Part shown: in pieces, positions 26,654 to 31,778 of the stretch
How the letters are laid out: each line of letters opens with the position of its first letter
How positions within the stretch are numbered: position 1 is the first letter of the stretch
NCBI GenBank assembly: GCA_964458565.1
Contig: CAYWJO010000041.1
Coordinates: 1 to 31,778 of the forward strand
DNA from: an uncultured archaeon
GTDB lineage: Archaea; Asgardarchaeota; Thorarchaeia; Thorarchaeales; Thorarchaeaceae
DNA length: 31,778 nt
Direction: 5' to 3'
Made by a program: the position numbers and the translations under genes
The notes under the pieces: model-generated
The model's database searches: none
What the model was told of the DNA's origin: nothing
Seen by the model: the letters and a program-made list of their open reading frames with translations, nothing else

Positions 26654-27693
26654 GCAAATACATTAACAAAGTATCCCAGAGCCAATATGAGAATCATAGA
26701 TAGGAAGAGGTAAGTGAATATCAATTTCTTTCTGAGATAACCAAACATCATTCCAACGTATGCCATTCCAAGAAGAGGTCCTGCAAGGAAAAAAGAAACC
26801 AACCCGCCAGTACTAAGTCCTAAATCCTGAAATGTCTTGCCGATTGGAGGATCAGCTGTTGGACAGAGACAGAAAATGATACCCATCATTAGACCAACAG
26901 GTATTGAAATCAGAATTGATGTGAAGAATCCATAGAAAAGAGATTGGTCGAGGACCGCAATGAAGAAGGTGAGAATTGTTACAGCAAAGACAAAGTATTT
27001 TCCAACCTCAAGCATTTCTTCTCCAATATCCCAGAAGATTTGAGTCCATGTTGGTATCACAGTTGAAGGCTCTTCAGGTGCTCCGTACGCACGACCTCCA
27101 ACAATTATCTTGTCATCGAAAACCCTCTCCGAGAGTATCGGTCCGTCATAGAGCATATCAAGTAAGACACCTCCAATTATGCCAATAATAATCATTGATA
27201 CCATTCTAACGAGAGCCATAGGTATACCAAATATCGCCGCAGTGACGACAAACACTACTGGGTTAGCAGCTGGAGAAGAGAACATGAATGCAAACGCAGC
27301 TCGGCGAGGCATTTTCTGCTCTACGAGTGTGGCGAAGATTGGCAGAATACCGCAAGTGCACACTGGGACTGCAATCCCCATGAGGGCACCCAGGACAACT
27401 CCTGCTCGTTCATGTTCTGCTAATCGTGTCATTATCTTTTCGATTGGAATGTATACCTTGAAGATACTCCCTATCACTATCCCCATGAGTAGATAAACCA
27501 GAGATCCAAAAAAGATGCCAGCAAAAACTCTAGTAAAAAGGGATAAGTTGAATGATGGTATATTAAAGTGAAACCAAAAAATCAACACCATGAGAAAAAC
27601 TGTGAGAAGTAGAAATCGGATTTCGTATATTGTTCTGAGTGGAGATGTTTTTGCCTTTTCCAGAGAGATTTGTACCGTTCTCTGATCACTCGT
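26638..27693 (-). CDS. DUF318 (ArsP/YcgR-like) permease
   Basis: PVCTCGILP, AFMFSSPAANP, CLCPTADP and FFLAGP, multi-TM. First ATG is 27591, but the frame is open and hydrophobic back to ACG 27693. Confidence 0.88.
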   Translation of the reverse strand, partial: TSDQRTVQISLEKAKTSPLRTIYEIRFLLLTVFLMVLIFWFHFNIPSFNLSLFTRVFAGIFFGSLVYLLMGIVIGSIFKVYIPIEKIMTRLAEHERAGVVLGALMGIAVPVCTCGILPIFATLVEQKMPRRAAFAFMFSSPAANPVVFVVTAAIFGIPMALVRMVSMIIIGIIGGVLLDMLYDGPILSERVFDDKIIVGGRAYGAPEEPSTVIPTWTQIFWDIGEEMLEVGKYFVFAVTILTFFIAVLDQSLFYGFFTSILISIPVGLMMGIIFCLCPTADPPIGKTFQDLGLSTGGLVSFFLAGPLLGMAYVGMMFGYLRKKLIFTYLFLSMILILALGYFVNVFAWVLV

Positions 27694-27695
27694 AC

Positions 27696-30125
27696 TTATC
27701 TCCTCCTCTTTGCAGCCATAAGAGCGATAATTAAGACGACAGTAAGCACCACCCCAATAATTGCTGATACGAATATATCTGTGAGCGCACCTCCTTCACC
27801 ATATGAAATCACATAGGATCCAGAATCCAATTCGAATATAGTTCCGTAGACATCCACGACGGTTATGCGATAGGTGATATTTGTCCCTATTGGATAGGGT
27901 CCGAGTTCGATTCCGTAGCTATCGCCGTAGTTGTCAAGAGCTATTGTGTCTTCCATATTTCCGTCATCATAATTCATTGTTATGGATGATATCATCCTTG
28001 GGTATAAGCTGTTATCCAGAAGACGGATTGTAACATTCCTTTGGTTTCCGACAGTTTCGGTATTAATAGTTATATTCGCAATCATTCCACCAAGATTCAA
28101 GTAGATAGGATCAGGCGTGTTTATTCCATTGACAAGTTTCAGAATGAATCTAGCCTTCATGTAACCAAAATATTCTGCATTTGCAGTGAAAGTAATGATA
28201 CTGCTGGAATGTGGCGCGACATCAGTTAGTATGTGGGATTGTTCGAAACTCAATGCTTTGTTTATGAATGGAGTACAATTGAAATGTACTCCGTAATCGT
28301 GCCGATTGGTGAAGTTAAGCATTATGACAACTTCACTCTTAGGTTCAGATACACCTAGATTTGGTGTAGTCGCAATCAGGTCCAAACCAAGAACAGTGTC
28401 TGAAACTGCATCACTTGCAGATCTTAGTGCAGCTGATGGATTCCAATAAGAAAGAGCGACCTGAGCTTTCTCCAAACACATCCGTGAGTAACCATAATTC
28501 ATTCCACTGGTTTCGAGAATCTCAATCTGGTCAGTAGCATTGTCGATTGCAAGTTCAGCTTCTTCCCATACTTCAAGGTAGCGATTAACCCAGATTTCCT
28601 GTCCAAAGACTACTCCATTATACAGGTCAAGGACTACTATCCGTTTTTCGCTTATGGCATCAATTAAATCCCACACAGAGATACTATCTTCTGGTCCTGT
28701 AGGATTCTTTACGAAAACAACATTCCTTACTTTTCCGAGATTAGCTGCTGAGTGTCCATCACAAGAACCGATGAAAGGTCTGAAATACGCAGTTTCACCG
28801 AGCCCATGGAAGTAACCCCTATTTGTCACTTCGAAGGCGTCATATCCATATGCATCAAAATTCTCCCAAACTGGTGCATATGCGAAACCTATTGTGGGAT
28901 GACTGAAGACCGCCATGGCACCCTGTGCGTGTATCTCATCCACCGCTGTCTGTGTATTTGTGGTATAGATTTGGTCGGTTAATGGAAAGCCAACTGAGTG
29001 GGGGATACTTGAGAGCTCTGCACCCACGAAGACCTTGCAGTCAAAACCATATCGTTCTTCGTATTCTTTAGCTTTCAGAGCCCCATAGATACCATTTCTA
29101 GCTGCTCTGTCATAGGAATGATCTGATACTACAAACCAATCAAGACTAACTTCGAGAGCTCTGGTCATCATATCGAGAGGGGTATTTAACCCATCACTAT
29201 ATGTAGTATGATCATGAAAAACACCATTATATAGATTGTATTCATCCAACTCACTCTTATTCAAAGACGGGCCTCGTCCAACTTTGATAATCGCCATATC
29301 GGGGGGGTCAGCAATCCTATATTCGTTTCCAACCAACCAGTCAATAACATTCAACGAAAACTGGAAATGATCGTTTGGGTTTTCTTGCCAAGTTTCATGA
29401 CGATACTGCATGAAAGGGGCTAGAGAACCAACAGCAACTACACGTCCAGTATCTATTTCTGCTGCAGCAAGAATTGCTTTGTCATCATAGAACGCCAGAG
29501 CTTCAGATGGAGTTTGTATAGTCAATGAACAACCTGATATTTGGTCACACTTGGTTTGTAAAGAACTCACATTCTGTGTGATAAAGTGATTGGAGATATC
29601 ATCATCATCCCTGAGACTCCGACCAATTATTCTATCACTATTGAATGTAATACCGTATTCCTCTGATATGGGATTCAAATTCGACGGGGTATAATCCCAA
29701 TCTGTTGCAGATTCCACCCCGACTAGTAAGAGGCCGCCTCCAGAGCTTACGAAATTGTGAATAGCATTCACCTCGCTCTCGGATAGTGGGATCATTGGGA
29801 AAAAAAGACAAATGACATCATAGTCGTTAATGATACCGCTATCTAGTGCTGAATTCCAATTATTTGAGACAGTGTAATTATACTCCCCCAGCAACCAACC
29901 AAACATTGACGCATTTCCTGGAGTCCACATATCAGAAGCATTTCTTGAATGTGACTCGTCACACAATATCTTTGCACTTTTGAAAGATTGAGCAGCTTCA
30001 GAAGTTTCATCATTATTGAGCTCAATCATATTATCCTCTTGATTGATAAAAGGGAACGTACAAACTAATGTTGAGAGAACTACAACCATTAAGATTGCAC
30101 TCGATTTCAATTGCATTGACTGCAA
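27696..30125 (-). CDS. Exported membrane-anchored PHP-family (CehA/McbA-like) metallohydrolase with N-terminal GATase-like (DUF4350-type) domain
   Basis: Signal peptide. ILCDESH...FVSSGGGLLLVG...GRVVAVGS. PHP motifs HDHTTYSDG, SDH, GAE, SHP and SCDGH. Ig-like region, TM plus KRRR. Confidence 0.85.
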   Translation of the reverse strand: MQSMQLKSSAILMVVVLSTLVCTFPFINQEDNMIELNNDETSEAAQSFKSAKILCDESHSRNASDMWTPGNASMFGWLLGEYNYTVSNNWNSALDSGIINDYDVICLFFPMIPLSESEVNAIHNFVSSGGGLLLVGVESATDWDYTPSNLNPISEEYGITFNSDRIIGRSLRDDDDISNHFITQNVSSLQTKCDQISGCSLTIQTPSEALAFYDDKAILAAAEIDTGRVVAVGSLAPFMQYRHETWQENPNDHFQFSLNVIDWLVGNEYRIADPPDMAIIKVGRGPSLNKSELDEYNLYNGVFHDHTTYSDGLNTPLDMMTRALEVSLDWFVVSDHSYDRAARNGIYGALKAKEYEERYGFDCKVFVGAELSSIPHSVGFPLTDQIYTTNTQTAVDEIHAQGAMAVFSHPTIGFAYAPVWENFDAYGYDAFEVTNRGYFHGLGETAYFRPFIGSCDGHSAANLGKVRNVVFVKNPTGPEDSISVWDLIDAISEKRIVVLDLYNGVVFGQEIWVNRYLEVWEEAELAIDNATDQIEILETSGMNYGYSRMCLEKAQVALSYWNPSAALRSASDAVSDTVLGLDLIATTPNLGVSEPKSEVVIMLNFTNRHDYGVHFNCTPFINKALSFEQSHILTDVAPHSSSIITFTANAEYFGYMKARFILKLVNGINTPDPIYLNLGGMIANITINTETVGNQRNVTIRLLDNSLYPRMISSITMNYDDGNMEDTIALDNYGDSYGIELGPYPIGTNITYRITVVDVYGTIFELDSGSYVISYGEGGALTDIFVSAIIGVVLTVVLIIALMAAKRRR

Positions 30126-30266
30126 TCACCGTTAATTTAGTTCATATGCTTATAAATAAAGAATTGGTATGTTGGGTTTTCAGAGAATTATCTCTGCATC
30201 ACATCTAACCGCGATAAGATATTCATACAACACCTGATTGACTCATCTGGTGGTGAAACAAGGCTG

Positions 30267-30287
30267 TGAGAGGGAAAACCTCTCTCA
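30267..30287 (-). terminator. Possible terminator hairpin after the ferredoxin gene
   Basis: Imperfect inverted repeat TGAGAGGG-aaaa-CCTCTCTCA, 25 nt past the stop. Confidence 0.4.
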
Positions 30288-30311
30288 TTGAATTTGAATC
30301 GCGTCTTTTTC

Positions 30312-30731
30312 TTAGTCAATTCCCCACCAATCCGGGACCTCGTGATCCAACCATACGGGTTCTGGTGTCACTTCGTCCTCCGTGTCTTTTCCAATACTGT
30401 CATGAATCACTCGATTGAATGTTTCACTTGCACTTACTGTCATATCATTCTCCACGACCACTTGACAAGCTAGGAAGACTGCGGGGTGGTCGAATTGGGG
30501 TTGGCCGGATGCTATTAGTTTTTCAAAGCGTTCCTTCTGAGCTTGAGTCTTCTTTGTTGGTACTCCCTTGTGAATGGTGACCCTGCAGGTAGTGCATTTA
30601 GCCTTCCCCCCACAGGTATGGACTATGTCAACCTCGTGATCGATGAGCGCTTTGAGCAGCTTCGTCCCGCTCTCCACAGTGAATTCCTTCTGAACATCAC
30701 CCATGAAGTCGACTACTGTTACTTTTGGCAT
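30312..30731 (-). CDS. 2Fe-2S ferredoxin
   Basis: C-x5-C-x2-C (CGGKAKCTTC) plus LACQ, with an acidic C-terminal extension. Confidence 0.9.
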   Translation of the reverse strand: MPKVTVVDFMGDVQKEFTVESGTKLLKALIDHEVDIVHTCGGKAKCTTCRVTIHKGVPTKKTQAQKERFEKLIASGQPQFDHPAVFLACQVVVENDMTVSASETFNRVIHDSIGKDTEDEVTPEPVWLDHEVPDWWGID

Positions 30732-30748
30732 GGCTATAAGATAGGTAC

Positions 30749-30777
30749 GGTCCCACTAAAATGCATTGCGTGGGACC
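30749..30777. promoter_or_regulatory. Perfect inverted repeat over the ferredoxin promoter (candidate operator)
   Basis: GGTCCCAC-N13-GTGGGACC, 18-46 nt upstream of the ATG at 30731. Confidence 0.5.
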
Positions 30778-30959
30778 TAACGCACCTCACACGATTGCAT
30801 CTGTTTCTCTTGCCTGAGATATTCAACCTGTTACAACAATTATAGGAACAGTGGTTTCACGGTCTGGTTCCACCAAAACCCTTATGTAATTCTGTGCATA
30901 ATTCCATAATTGTGCGATATATTATTGCATCATGAAAATAAATGGTTGAACGATTTTCA

Positions 30960-31568
30960 ATGAAACTAGCATTTTCTTCTACTGGTCAGGGTCTAGATGA
31001 TCAGATTGACCCTCGATTTGGTAGATGTCAATATTTTGTAATTGTAGATTCAGAAACGATGGGTGTTGAATCATTCGAGAACATGGCTGCAGGCGCATCT
31101 GGCGGAGCTGGTATTTCAGCAGCTCAAACTGTTGCAGATAAAGGAGCACAAGTAGTTCTAACCGGCAGAGTTGGTCCTAATGCTGATCAAGCTCTCTCAG
31201 CAGCTAATGTAGAAATCATAACCGGTGTTTCTGGGACTATTCGAGACATGGTCAATGCATACAAAAGTGGTACATTACAGAGTACAATTACGTCAGATGA
31301 AGCAGGAATGACTGGATTTGGTATCGGGCAGGTCCAAGCAGGATATGGATCTGGAATGGGTATAGGACGAGGAGGAGGGCGAGGACGAGGACAAGGTGGC
31401 GGACGTGGAATGGGATTTAAACGATGGGCTGGTGCTAATTCCTCGCTATCTCAGCAACCTCTTGATTTCAGCACGCAGGATACTGGACTATTGAAACAAC
31501 AGCTGGACACGATTTTAGAAAAACTAGAGCAGATTGACGAACGACTGAAAAAATTGGAGGGCCAGTAA
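30960..31568 (+). CDS. NifB/NifX (dinitrogenase FeMo-cofactor biosynthesis) family protein with Gly/Arg-rich tail and DUF5320-like coiled coil
   Basis: IDPRFGRCQYFVIVD, GGAGISAAQ, GPNA, then GMGIGRGGGRGRGQGGGRGMG and LKQQLDTILEKLEQIDERLKKLE. ATG 30960 preferred. Confidence 0.88.
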   Translation: MKLAFSSTGQGLDDQIDPRFGRCQYFVIVDSETMGVESFENMAAGASGGAGISAAQTVADKGAQVVLTGRVGPNADQALSAANVEIITGVSGTIRDMVNAYKSGTLQSTITSDEAGMTGFGIGQVQAGYGSGMGIGRGGGRGRGQGGGRGMGFKRWAGANSSLSQQPLDFSTQDTGLLKQQLDTILEKLEQIDERLKKLEGQ

Positions 31569-31778
31569 GCCCATACCAACAGTTGGTCATACACATCTCT
31601 AAAAATCCAATTCATTTTACAAGTGAAAAGTGAGTGGATGAAAAGGGATAAATCAACGACAACTTAAATCTGCCAAAAGACTGTCACAAAGAGCTTTTTT
31701 GGTCACAATAAACACATTCCCCTAATTTTAGATTTAAATATCTGATATTCTGTAAATAGAGATGTGTCATTAGTAGCT

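Noticed and set aside
968-30845. Many short ORFs antisense to or overlapping confident genes (e.g. 1640-1840, 6055-6375, 9944-10276, 12688-13038, 17607-18041, 21707-22027, 27179-27496, 30543-30845)
   Set aside because: Shadow ORFs with no motifs, fully explained by the real gene on the other strand or frame.

Overview
Archaeal chromosomal window with no rRNA, tRNA, CRISPR array or transposase that I can recognise. An Asgard (Thorarchaeia-like) origin is inferred, not proven, from TATA-like boxes about 20-25 nt before starts, GGTGA/GGAGG ribosome-binding sites, frequent TTG/GTG starts, a stand-alone MtrH-like gene and C-terminally anchored beta-helix surface proteins. The core is a ~9 kb sugar-metabolism cluster (9318-18014): phosphohexomutase, two GT4 glycosyltransferases, a PIG-L deacetylase, a GH100-like six-hairpin hydrolase, a second six-hairpin protein, a GH130 phosphorylase and a CBS protein. 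Its product is unknown, and it is the best candidate for an undescribed system. This cluster and two orphan histidine kinases lie between diverged direct repeats: two 4-oxalocrotonate tautomerase copies, and a gene plus a fragment of that gene. Further duplications are a 50/56-bp repeat flanking one kinase and a gapless 233-bp relic of the GT4 promoter and 5' end. The right part holds a putative operon of an exported PHP metallohydrolase, a DUF318 permease and a DUF1980-like partner, followed by a 2Fe-2S ferredoxin and a NifX-family protein. Several single-base lesions or non-canonical starts (ATA, ACG, in-frame TAA) and gene remnants point to ongoing turnover or to assembly error. All family calls come from motif recognition by eye, with no database search.
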